A program made the translations under genes and the position numbers. From Vicugna vicugna (Eukaryota), in assembly GCA_013265495.1 (NCBI GenBank), contig MU058153.1, positions 932,001 to 996,000 of the forward strand: a stretch of 64,000 nt of DNA. Reading direction: 5' to 3'. The notes below the pieces were generated by a model, which made no database searches, was not told the DNA's origin, and was given only the letters and a program-made list of their open reading frames with translations. Positions 53,111 through 64,000 of the stretch are shown one piece after another. Position 1 is the stretch's first letter; every line of letters begins with the position of its first letter.

Positions 53111-53507
53111 TAGGGCATTTTCTCCCTATCAGTTTCCAGAATTTAAAATACAGCAATATGTATTTGCATATCAACACCATTTAGTGCTAACATTCTGAGT
53201 GTTTACATTTAGTATAAAGGTAGAAAGGAAAATTTGAGACTAAGGCACAGCTCACAATTTTATATTGTTTCAATCTATATAAAGTATTTGTTCCTATAAC
53301 ATACTGATGCATGTTTCCATTAGCCCAAAGGCTCTGGAACATGTTTGACATTAGCAAATTGCAACAGATCCTTTATAGGAATTGGGGAAATATTTAAGAT
53401 AGTCTTTTGCATTTTAGTTGCATAATTTTAAAGTCACTTATTTTCACTATGCTGGGAAAAAAAGTTTAAAAGGTATAGTTCAACCAGTCCAATTACTTAT
53501 GCAATAC

Positions 53508-53562
53508 GTATGTGTGTGTATATATATATATATATTTGTATGTGTGTGGTTATGTGTGTGTA
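53508..53562. repeat. Compound (TG)n/(TA)n microsatellite
   Basis: Seen directly. Confidence 0.9.
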
Positions 53563-56022
53563 TAATACATACGTTTACATATTATATATCTTATCTGTTT
53601 TTAGAATATGTGTATGTGTGTCTGGGGTGTGCGTATACACACAAAATAAAAATCAGTACACCTCCAAACTTGTTCAAGCATAATTTTGGCTATATGCAAT
53701 TTTTTGTCTTAGACGCCGCCTTTAGAAATATTTATCAATGAATAAGATTATGTGAATCTGCTATACTGATGGGCTTGTACGTTTTTCGGGATCCAAAAAG
53801 GGATGGTAATGCTTTTATCTTTGAGGAGCACCAATACATCTTGCCTGGAAAAGGTCATGCCTCTTCAGCAGCAAGGTGACATATTTTACCTTACTTAATC
53901 CTTCACATAATGGCACTTACTTTGCTCACTTGATAAATGAAATATGTGAAAACCTATACAGCTTGCCCTCTGGAACTGGGACAATTAATAGTTTGATATT
54001 TAGCTACACGTACATGCACACGTTTCATTGTACCAAAAAAAAAATTGAGCCGTTAATTTTTCTAGTTTAAAACATTCTCCAATTATTTATCAGCCTTTTT
54101 ACTGTGGGAATTGTTCATTACTTTTCCCTGGGGAACCATAAAGTGGAATTTACATGTGGTTTCCTATTTCTAACTGGATTATGCAGATTTTAGTATTTTT
54201 AGGTTTTATTTACTCTTAAAGAGTCAGTGTATGTCTGCCTAGAAGATGATTATAAAGCTCTTTGTCTTTACTTCTGGTTTGGGGCTCAAGAAGAACTCTC
54301 CTTTTCATCTTTCCCTTCTATTCTTCTGGCTGTTTAACAGATACACCTTGTCTGATTTTCACAGATATGTGTAATAGTGGACCACAGTACCTGTCTGGGA
54401 ACTCTGAACTGAATACTCCCTCAGCAGCCAAGGCTTTTGGCTTCCTTAGGGAGTATGAATCAATACAGCCTACTGTTTTTCAATCCAAGATGGAAAAAAA
54501 AAAAAAGCATTCATTAGCCCAGAATGTATTTCAGGAAATAGTTTCGGCCACCAGTCTCCTAGACATGCTCAATTGAATATTCAAATTGCCGCAGCCACTA
54601 AAACTTGGCTAAATACTTGTACGATAGTGGTGCTGAATTTTTGTGGGGCTTGGGTAAGTCCATGCTTTTAGTGTTTACTCTTAAGTTCATCAAAATATAT
54701 TAACTTTATTGCATACTATGTTATTTATAAATTATTTCTGAATGATCAAGTTATCTGAAGAGGTTACAGAAATTTTTAGTAAAATATGGGCTTTAGGGTC
54801 TTCTAAAGTGAGCATCGTTTCTCAGGTCTTATAATAGTTTTTGTTTCTGCTGTTAGTATTGTTGCTTTGTTTTTAATAAGACACGATTAAAAAGTACGTA
54901 TTTAAATCTTCTAGAAACCCTTGTTCTTTGTTCATATGGGAATATTTTACTTATTGAACTGCAGTCCTCAATTTCAAATGTTTTCCTGAACCCTAGCCAG
55001 CCCCTTAGGATATATGAGAATACATGGGAACACTTGAAATATCAGGACAATCCGAATGATCTGTTTTGTCTCCATTGTTTCAACTGGTAGAGAAGCCAGT
55101 CAGATAGTTCATAATCATCTCAAAAATAGAATCCACGGGAAGTAGGCGTGCGGTGGAGAGTTCCCTGTCCTCCTAATGTCTCATTTCAGGTGACCAGCTC
55201 AGTATCAATGAATTTCCGGTGATGTATTTTCAATATTTTCAAAGTAAAAACCTGATTTTTCCGTGTGGGTATGAGTAATATTTTGCAGTTTCTAGAGAAA
55301 GGGTGTCTGGCACATACCCTCAGGCAGAATCTCCCTTATTGCGACTTTGTGTTTCTGCCTCCTGCCTCAAAAGTGGCTGCAGCTCATCAGAACTCTATTC
55401 CCCGTAATTGGTGAAATCTTTTTGGAATCCTTCAGGCTGTATAAATGTCAGATGTTGCTGTTATCACCATTATTAATGGGGCTTTGGGTAGAGAGGGAGG
55501 AGGAAGGAAGAGCTTGACTGTATTAACATGCATTGACTACACACTGACTGCAAAGAAGAACTGTATCTGCAGGAAGAAAGTTCAATTTCCATGATTTAGT
55601 AAGCCATTGAGAGACAGCAGTCTGGCTAAATAGAAAGGAATGATTCGCTCTTTAACAAGCAGTTAATTCTACCTGGGAGGGAAAATAACTCTCTCTCCCC
55701 TGTGTAAATCTGCCCCTGGTTTGGTACTTTGTGAGCTACGTAAGAGTGTACCATGCGGAAAGAAATCTTCATGTACTCAGAAGTTTTCTTATTTTATCCT
55801 CCTGTACCCACTGAACATATGCGAGGCCGAAAAGAATTTTAAAAAAAATTAGATAAAGAAGATATATGAGGTGAAAAAAAGGGTACTGTTTTAAAATATT
55901 TCTTCTTTTTCTAGGAAAAAAATGTATTAGATATATAATACATTACAATTATATACATATATAATATGTAATATATTAAAATTATATACATACATATTAT
56001 ATGTACGTGTGTGTGTGCATGC

Positions 56023-56092
56023 ATATATAGATGATATAGATAGATACAGATATAGATACAGATATAGATATAGATATAGATATAGATATATA
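56023..56092. repeat. (GATATA)n hexanucleotide microsatellite
   Basis: Tandem gatata/gataca units, preceded by TA/TG-rich sequence. Confidence 0.93.
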
Positions 56093-56794
56093 CAAGTGGC
56101 TTCTTTTATTCCAGGAGTCTTTTAGCTTTTTCTGGCTCCCTGGCATCCATTCAACATGTTGTCAACGCTAAGTGGACTCTGGCAGACTCTTTAATGGGGA
56201 CATGACATGTCTTTTGTCAGGAGAGGAGAGAAAACACTCCCCTGTGTTACTCTACTATTCTTTAAAGGAGATGGAAGCAGGAAAAATGAAGGCCAGGTCA
56301 GAGCCATCTATGTGTTGTGACACACGCTTCAGCTTTTGTGCACTTTAGGACGATTATGAATAGCTCTTAATTATTTTAAGTGACTTTTACCTTATTGTTA
56401 CAGCCAGTATGTGATTGAGTCTTTGCTGCAGATGCCAAGTTCTTCTCTTTCCAGGAGGATGGAGTGAGTTCAGATGTCAACTGGAGATGGCAGAATGTAA
56501 TCTGACAGAGAGAAGGGAACCGGGCGTGTATTGGTCATCCGTATCAGGGTAGCTTGGTATAGTGACAGCCATTCTGTTTTTTCGTTTGTTTTGTTTTGCT
56601 GAATGGTATTTCATTTTGTTTATTTTCCGGTTTGGTCAACCACAGACTCAGTCATTCTAAAGAAATTCTGAAGAAACTGACTTTGATAAGTCTTCTTTAA
56701 GAGATGAGATGACAGAGTATGCTTGTGTGATCCTATATTAATCACCTGTATCTTACTGACTTGGCATAATGAGAACCATCCTTTTTATAAACGT

Positions 56795-56985
56795 GAGGGT
56801 TCAATCTGAGCATCCCAAGAAACTATTGGGCAAACTTGAATAATTTCCTTAACTTCACTAAGTCTCATTTTCTCTATATGTAAAAAGGAAGTTTTTATCA
56901 TCTAGCTCAGCATTGTTATTAAGTGAACTAATGTATGTGGAAGCATCTACACAACTTAGCAGGTACCCAATAAATATCAGTTCTC
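56795..56985 (+). mobile_element. MIR SINE
   Basis: 'ttccttaacttcactaagtctcattttctctatatgtaaaa...ctaatgtatgtggaagcat...caataaatatcagtt'. Confidence 0.8.
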
Positions 56986-57656
56986 CCCTTTCAGCGTAAA
57001 ATGACATTAAGGGCTCTGTAATGCCACTTAAAAACTAGGACCCATCCTCTGTAAAAGAGCAGTGACCTGACAAAGCAGTGTGGCACAAGTGATGGAAGCA
57101 TTTTATATTAGCACATAGGTTGTGAAAGAGCATCCTTATCTTTACTAGTTTTCTGCATGACCTAGAGGATGATGCTATGAGCAACTGAGAATCCAGATGC
57201 CGCTAACAAGAAGTGGTGACTACAATTCACATTCTGCTTGGTGGCAATGTACCCTGGGTCTCCACCCATGGAAAAATGTTGACATTCCTAATAATGGAAC
57301 ATTTTGACTTGCAGGCCTGCTTAGAAATATATATTGGATACTTTGATTAAGAAGACTATTAGCATGATGAATAATACCTCTATCATTCATGAATTTAGAT
57401 GAGGACTAATAGAATGGTTAGAAAAACAAAGCCTGGTCAGAGTGAGTATTTAAACTTGCAGATCTTTAGTAGTAAAAAGATAAATTTAGATGTTTGGGAT
57501 GATGGATTTTTGTAAGCTGCCGTCTCTTGCTACCTAATTTACCTAAGAAGCAAGCTATTTAGGAAATATCAAGGGGTGTTTCTACTTTAAATTTAATTTA
57601 AAAAATTTTTCATTTTAATCTACTTTATTTTTACTTTTATGCAAAAACTCTACACA

Positions 57657-59605
57657 TTTTTAACAGCATTGTAGAAGTATAATGTCATTAAATTCACAAT
57701 TTGGAACTATACAATTTTGTGATTTTAAATAAATTTATAGCATGATACAACCTTTACTACAATCCAGCTTTTTAAAATTTCAGTCACTCCAAAATTTCCC
57801 TCCTGCTTTGTTCGTTTGTTCCTAACTCCCACGCTCAGCCCTGGGCAAACACTGATCTATTTTGTGTCTGTAACTTTGTCTTTTTGTGCATTTGATATAG
57901 ATGGAATCATGCAATATGCAGTATTTTGCATCAGGCTTCTTTTACTTGGTATAATATTTTGAAATCCATCCCTGTTATAACATGTATCAGTAGCCCATTC
58001 CTTTTTATTGATGAAAAGTATTTTATTTTATGGTTCCATCACATTTTACTTATCACTTTTTCAGGTAATGGGCTTCAGATTGTTTCTGGTTTGGGCTACT
58101 TTGAATGTTGTTGCTATGAATGTTGGGTATATGTGTTTGTACGAACACATGTGTTCATTTTGGGGGGACAGGTTTTTTAAGAGTGGAATTGTTAAGTCAT
58201 ACAGGACATTTATATTTGACGCTATAACTGCCAAATTGTTCCCTAAAGTAGCTGTACCATTTTATATTCCTTCTAGCAATGTGTGAGCATTTTGGTTTCT
58301 CCACGTCCTTATCAACTCTTGATACTGTCTGCCTTTTATCAGAAGGTATGCTGTGATATCTCCTGGTGGTTTTAACTCATATTTCCCCAATGACTAAAGA
58401 TGTTGAACATCTTTCTTTAATGTGCCTATTAGTTATTTATATATCTTCTTTAGTGAATGGTCTATTCAGATCATTGACCTTTTACATTGTTTGTTCATCT
58501 TCTTCTTAAGTTATAACTGTTCTTTATTAAAATTCTTTATCAGCTACATGATTATAAACTATGTTGCTTGTCTTTCTGTTTTCTGATTGGTGCCTTTTGA
58601 AGTACGAAGGTTTTACATGTTGATGAAATCTAGTTATCATTTTTATTTCCTCTTATTGATGGGCTGTTAATGTTGTAAGCAGGAACACTTGTCCAATCCA
58701 AGGTAATGAAGAATTTCTCCTGTTTTCTTCTAGGACTTTTAATAGTTTTAGTTCTTACATTTAGGTTTATGATTGACTTTGTGTTAATTTCTGTATATAG
58801 TGACATAAAGGTCTAAATTTACGTTTGTCATGTGGATAGTTATTCCAAAATTATCTATGAAAAAGACTAAGACTTCCCCATTCAATGGTCTTGGCACTTT
58901 TGTCAAAATTAATTGATTGTAAATGTAAGACTTTTCTTTTGGACTCTCAATTCTCTGATAATTGAGTTTTATCCTACCCTAGCAAAATGCTGCCTTGTTA
59001 TTGTGGTTTTGTATTAAGTTTTGAAATCTGATAGTGTAAGGTCTCCAACTGTGTTCTTTTTCAAAACTGTTTCGCTAGTCTAGGTGTTTTACATTTTTAT
59101 GTAACTTTTGGAAACAGTTTGTCAATTTTTTAAAATAAAACTTATTAGGATTTTGATAGGGATTGCTTTGAATTGACATATCAATTTGGGGAGAATTATC
59201 ATTTTAAATTATTGAGTACTCTAATTCATGAACATAACATATTTCTCCATGTATTTAAGATCTTGTCCAATTTATTTGGCAATGTTTTATAGTTTTCATT
59301 ACATATGTCTTGCACTTCTTTCGTTAGATTTTTTTTCTCAAGCAATTTATTATTTTAAGTATATTGTGAGTGATACCGTTTTCTTAATTGCACTTTGCAA
59401 TTTTGTTGTTGTTGTTGTTGCTAATGTGTAGAAGTACAATTGACTTTTGTATATCGATCTTGTATTTTGCAAAGTTGCTTTCCTTGGTTGTTAGTTCTAA
59501 TGGGTGTGTGTGTGTGTTCCTTGGGATTTCCTATGTATAGGATCTTTTTGTCTGCAAATAAAAGAGGTTGTACCTTTTCCTATCTGGATATATTTTATTT
59601 ATCTA
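57657..59605 (-). mobile_element. Old LINE-1 (L1MB-like), 3'UTR plus part of ORF2, ~1.95 kb
   Basis: 'ctcagccctgggcaaacactgatcta...atggaatcatgcaatatg...ctgtaccattttatattcc...atgactaaagatgttgaacatcttt...ttttgatagggattgctttgaatt...gtctgcaaataaa'. Confidence 0.92.
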
Positions 59606-60334
59606 CATCCTCTGTTTGCACTGAGCATTGGGCATTTTCATTTTAGACCCTCTTTGCAAGTTTCACAGAAAGTGAAACATCAGTCTCTCCTAAAACTAGG
59701 TATTTCCATGTATTGATTCAGGACATACATGGGAATTATCCACATGTGTTACACCTACCTGTTCCATTTTGTGTTCCTTCACAGTAATTAAAGTGAGATG
59801 GTCATCCCTGGAGAATAAGACTTCAGTGACCTGACATGCCATGGAAATGGGTGAAGATCAGTTTTTTACTTAACCAGGGATTGAGCAAAGAATGGCAATT
59901 TCAACTCTTTCAGAAATTATGAAACTTCTTTCCTAATCTAGTTTGTAACCTATTGATTCGGCTCTATCTTTGGTAACTGATCATTGCTACAGATTTTAAA
60001 ATCATCATTCCAAACATGAAATCTCAGTATAAAATCATAGAATAAAAAGGGAGTGGATATGGAACATTGATATTACCAAAGTTAATTTAAAAATGTCCTT
60101 GTATTTGTTTTTAGAAGTAAATCATTTCTGGATATATTTCCCCCCTTCTCATAGAACTTGAATGAGAATAGGAAAGGTGAGCTAACCTAATTCTTAATAA
60201 TAATGGTAATAATGATAATAATGCTTGATGCTATTAAGCACCTGACAGCTAAAAAAAATTTTAAAAACTGAACTGTTATATATCTGAGCTTATTTGACAT
60301 AATCAGTAATTTAATGTAGCAATATTCAATATAT

Positions 60335-61125
60335 CAAGTAAGATTTATTGAGTGCTTACTCACACGTTGAGTCAAGTATTGTGTATGTAAGTTGGAAGGA
60401 AAAACCCTTAGCATCTGGGAACTTGTAATCCTCGGGGAGAATAGAATAGTAGATTATAGCTCAGTGAGTTGAGCGCCTCGAGAGAGGTTTTCAGAGATGT
60501 TATGGATATAGCAGAGGGAGATCATGTTAACCTTGCCTTCTTAAGCAGGATGGTGTTTGGATATAAACCACGCAGGTAGGATGGATGAAAGAAGTGAAAT
60601 AATGAGAGAATTGACATCTGTTTGGTACTTCCTGCAAGTTAGGCATTGATTAAGACACTATGTAGATATTTTCATAGTTTTAAGGAAACACAGATAAACA
60701 AACCCAAATTCTGAAGCCCATGTGGTATAATTAACTTGGCTGAGTTCCTGACATGATCTCGTGTGTGTAGAAAGATGTGCAGACAGTAACGTTCAGTATG
60801 CTGTCAGAAGGGCATAGAAGTAAAGACTGGTGCTAATTATAAGGATGCTACCTACGATATGTATTATGTTGTAATGATGGTAAGGAAAGTTGAAGGCCAG
60901 ACCCGAGACACTGGCAGTGGGAAGAGAAAGAAGGATATGGTTCCAAGCACGTTAGACTTAGCATTCGTAAAAACTGAAGAGGTAAACTGAATCTGCAATA
61001 AAAGGTAGAGATAAGAGTCAATAGGGATTCCCAGGTTTTTGACTTAGGCAAATTAGTAGATGATGTTTGTCATTCACTGAGTAAAAGAGCTGAGTAGAAG
61101 GAGCTGAATTTGTGCAGGGGTAGGA
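60335..61125 (-). mobile_element. LINE-2 fragments (discontinuous, possibly interleaved with MIR)
   Basis: 'atttattgagtgcttact' (L2 terminus in reverse) and 'gattcccaggtttttgacttaggcaaattagtagatgatg...cattcactgag'. Confidence 0.65.
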
Positions 61126-63452
61126 GGATATCAGAGACCAGAAAGTAGATTTCCTCAATAAAATGCTAAAGTCTTACTAAATCATGCATTTGTTGCATCA
61201 AAGTGTAGTTCTACTAAGATAATTAGACTGAGTCCTGCCAAGATAACCCCAAAGCAATACATGATATCTATCAGGTTCATTGAGATCCAGGTATCCTTCT
61301 GTGTTAGAAAACTCTGAACAATTACGCTCAGCTTTCCTTATACAAAGAATCAGTCCTTGGAGAATCATAGTCTCAAAAACTCTTTTTTCCTTTGTTTCAT
61401 TACCGTGGAAAAGCGTAATTGAGGTGAGGGATATTTCAGATAGCTGCCACCTGGATTTCCCTTCAGTTAGATAAATATTGTGTCAGTTTTCTGCCTGGTA
61501 CAGACACTCTGGCAGGCGAGTCTTCTGAACGAGGCAAAGGCTTGATCAGGTTGGCTGTTCCAGCTCTTAATCCTTGTTTATTATACCATGGCAATTTGTC
61601 TTAGAACAGAGACAGCTGTCATTATACTAGTCTTGGATTAAACTAACTGTTGTAGACAAGGCTCAGAGTGAAAAAGAAACAGCAATCTTAGCTTGGGCAT
61701 TGTGGTCCATCCAGCACTACAGCTTTTTCCTGACAGATGTCGTCATGAAGGAACCAAAGGTATTCCACCTATGTGTGGAGAGCCATTTAAAGACCTGCAC
61801 AGTCAACTCTTAATATAATATATTTTACAAGAAGTGTGATGGTGGAAAATATCAAACGTCCCTATGGAAACTAGTTCTGTGGAATTCTCAACTTTAAAGT
61901 CATTTCAAGGTTGTTTTCTAAGCCTAGAAATCCCCCAGGTATTTGCAATTAAATGGTCTTCCAGAACTGAACAATAGAAATTTTCCATTAGTAGATATTG
62001 TCCATATAGCGCTATTCTGTCGATGAGTATGATGTTAACAGTGGTGACTATTGATGAACATGGCTGAAAAACGTAGTAATAATTTTATCAACATATACAT
62101 TATAGGTGATTCAGAATGTGGATCCAGTGGCTACCATTCTGAACTCTTGTCTTGCATTCAGTGTAACACCCACCCCTCAAACGAAAACAAAAAACAGAAA
62201 ATAAAAAAAATTCAGGCAGAGTAGTTTGTAAAGAGCCTCTAATATCTGTTAGGAATCTGTGACAGTATAGGACATCTGGTTTTGTTTTTCACATTTGCCT
62301 TTGGGTAACTTCTACTGTGTTGGCTGCTCTTTGATCTCAATGGAAAGCTGAGAGGGAAATCCAGGCAATCTGCACACAGATGCGGCGTGATTGTAATATT
62401 CTTGCTTTTACGTTCCAGTTCATCCTAGTTGCCTCTAGTGGCCTAAAGAAAAGGACCTGCCATTTGCATTCCAAAAAGGAGCAGATGACAGTCAATATGT
62501 GTAAAACTTTTAAAGTCACCGCAAGCCTCAACTTTGATCTCTGAGCTTTACTCGCTACTTCACCAGATTGGACCCAAGGCTCTCATCTTGTCCAAGTGGG
62601 TGACTCATTTCTCTTTGTATTGGGGGGTCCAAAAGGGGTCCTCTTAGGTTTTTACTTTCACTGTTATTCGTTTTGCATTAAATCGTTTTGATTACTTGTG
62701 TGGAAAGCAGCCTATATTCTAATAAGACATTTAATTATTAGTTTCACTGCTGGGAAGTAAAAATGTAGGTCATTTCTGTATTGAACACACAAAATCAAAT
62801 AGTGCTGATGAAAGTCTTATTTTTATAACAGGCTCCTTTTCTTGATGTTTATCTGACAACCAGTTGGACTAGAGTTAAAGAGGAAGGTGCAGGTCACCCA
62901 GTGCACTTAGCTGATGGCATTCCCCTAGAAGCTGACAGAATAGTAGCAACGGGAGTCAGTTTTAATGAGCCTGGCACTCCTTGGAAAGAACATGGGCCAT
63001 AAATTATCAGCCCTGGAGGAAGAGGCAAAAAGAAAGCGAGAAAGGAAATAAAAGAATTACGGGTGACATAATAAGATAGCCTCCAATGGAGAGCAATTAG
63101 GGCTCTTCTGGAAAAACATCCAAGAAATCCAAGAACTATGAGGACAGGAATTATGGACCCCTAACGACAATCAGAACTGAGTGCTATAAATCTGATTAGG
63201 AAAGTAGGATCTGAGGGAAGGATATGTAATGTTTAATGCCAGAAAGAAAGAATTGTGTCTTGGATTCCAAAATTCACCAGGCTGATCTGACCAGTTAGAT
63301 CTGACACTGTTAGGCTAACCATCCAAGTTGACCAAACTTCACCTTGCATGAAATGATGAACTCTGAGATCTTGAGGAAATGCTTTGGAAATTTTTTATGG
63401 AATTTTAGCATTCAAATAATCTATTTCAAGAAATTTGCATGAAGAAATTCTG

Positions 63453-63483
<31 letters not shown>

Positions 63484-63630
63484 TAAATACATATTATATA
63501 TGATGCACTATATATATTATCTCTGTTACATTCAATATATATTATATATAATGCACTATATATATATATATTCTCTATATATGTTATATTTAGTGTATAG
63601 TGTATATAACGCACTACATATATTCTCTCC
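63453..63630. repeat. (TC)n(TA)n microsatellite followed by a degenerate ~50-bp TA-rich tandem repeat
   Basis: Three copies of a core 'gcacta(t/c)atata' at ~63504, ~63554 and ~63611. Confidence 0.85.
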
Positions 63631-64000
63631 CTCTCCAGAATATAGGGGCTTCTTCTACACTTTACGTTTCCTTTCTTGCTTCATTTTTTCCTCTTTTTTC
63701 AACACAAACATTTTGCAGGGTGCAGGCTCCACAGATGTGTTGCAAACAAATAGGTAATTGAAAGCTTCTCTTGCCCTTTGGTGCCTTAATCTTCGATTAT
63801 CCTAATGTTGGCAATTACAGTTTCCCATTATCCACAGAAGCTGCTTTTATGATGAGTGAAAATTAAATTGTGTGCTGGGATGTTTGCCTTTAGAGTCTTA
63901 TTCTTCCTATAGAATACCTTATCACCTACGTATTTTTATGGCTTAGATTATAGAGTAAGGTATTTATTTTCTTTCCCCATTTGGATGCACTAAGGATCTT

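Noticed and set aside
57926..59716. Several 65-92-aa ORFs
   Set aside because: Antisense frames of the old L1MB-like element.
1..64000. Assignment to a named host gene or an antigen-receptor locus
   Set aside because: No exon translated to a protein I recognise and there are no V/J segments. Candidate splice signals occur on both strands and cannot be chained into a gene model.

Overview
AT-rich (visually about 35-38% GC), CpG-depleted mammalian genomic DNA. It is most likely camelid, because it carries a tRNA-Ala-derived Vic-1-type SINE at 13618-13790 and I recognised no Alu, Bov-tA/BovB, PRE1 or Can-SINE copies. I found no host protein-coding gene, rRNA, true tRNA or CRISPR. The window reads as a long intron or intergenic interval: ancient eutherian repeats (MIR, L2, L3, L1ME/L1MB, MLT1, MER21, MER3/5/58/94, MADE2) and microsatellites, interspersed with repeat-free stretches that may be regulatory. 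The only real protein-coding remnants are LINE-1 ORF2 pieces. The most structured object is a relatively young L1 at about 44254-46570 with a twin-priming 5' inversion and a possible ~370-bp 3' transduction. The most intriguing non-repeat signals are a minus-strand candidate recursive-splicing site with an RS-exon (21512-21584) and several candidate short exons or microexons; these are motif-level only. Repeat subfamily names come from remembered consensus sequences, and old-repeat boundaries are approximate (tens of bp). The sequence alone does not establish a novel biological system.
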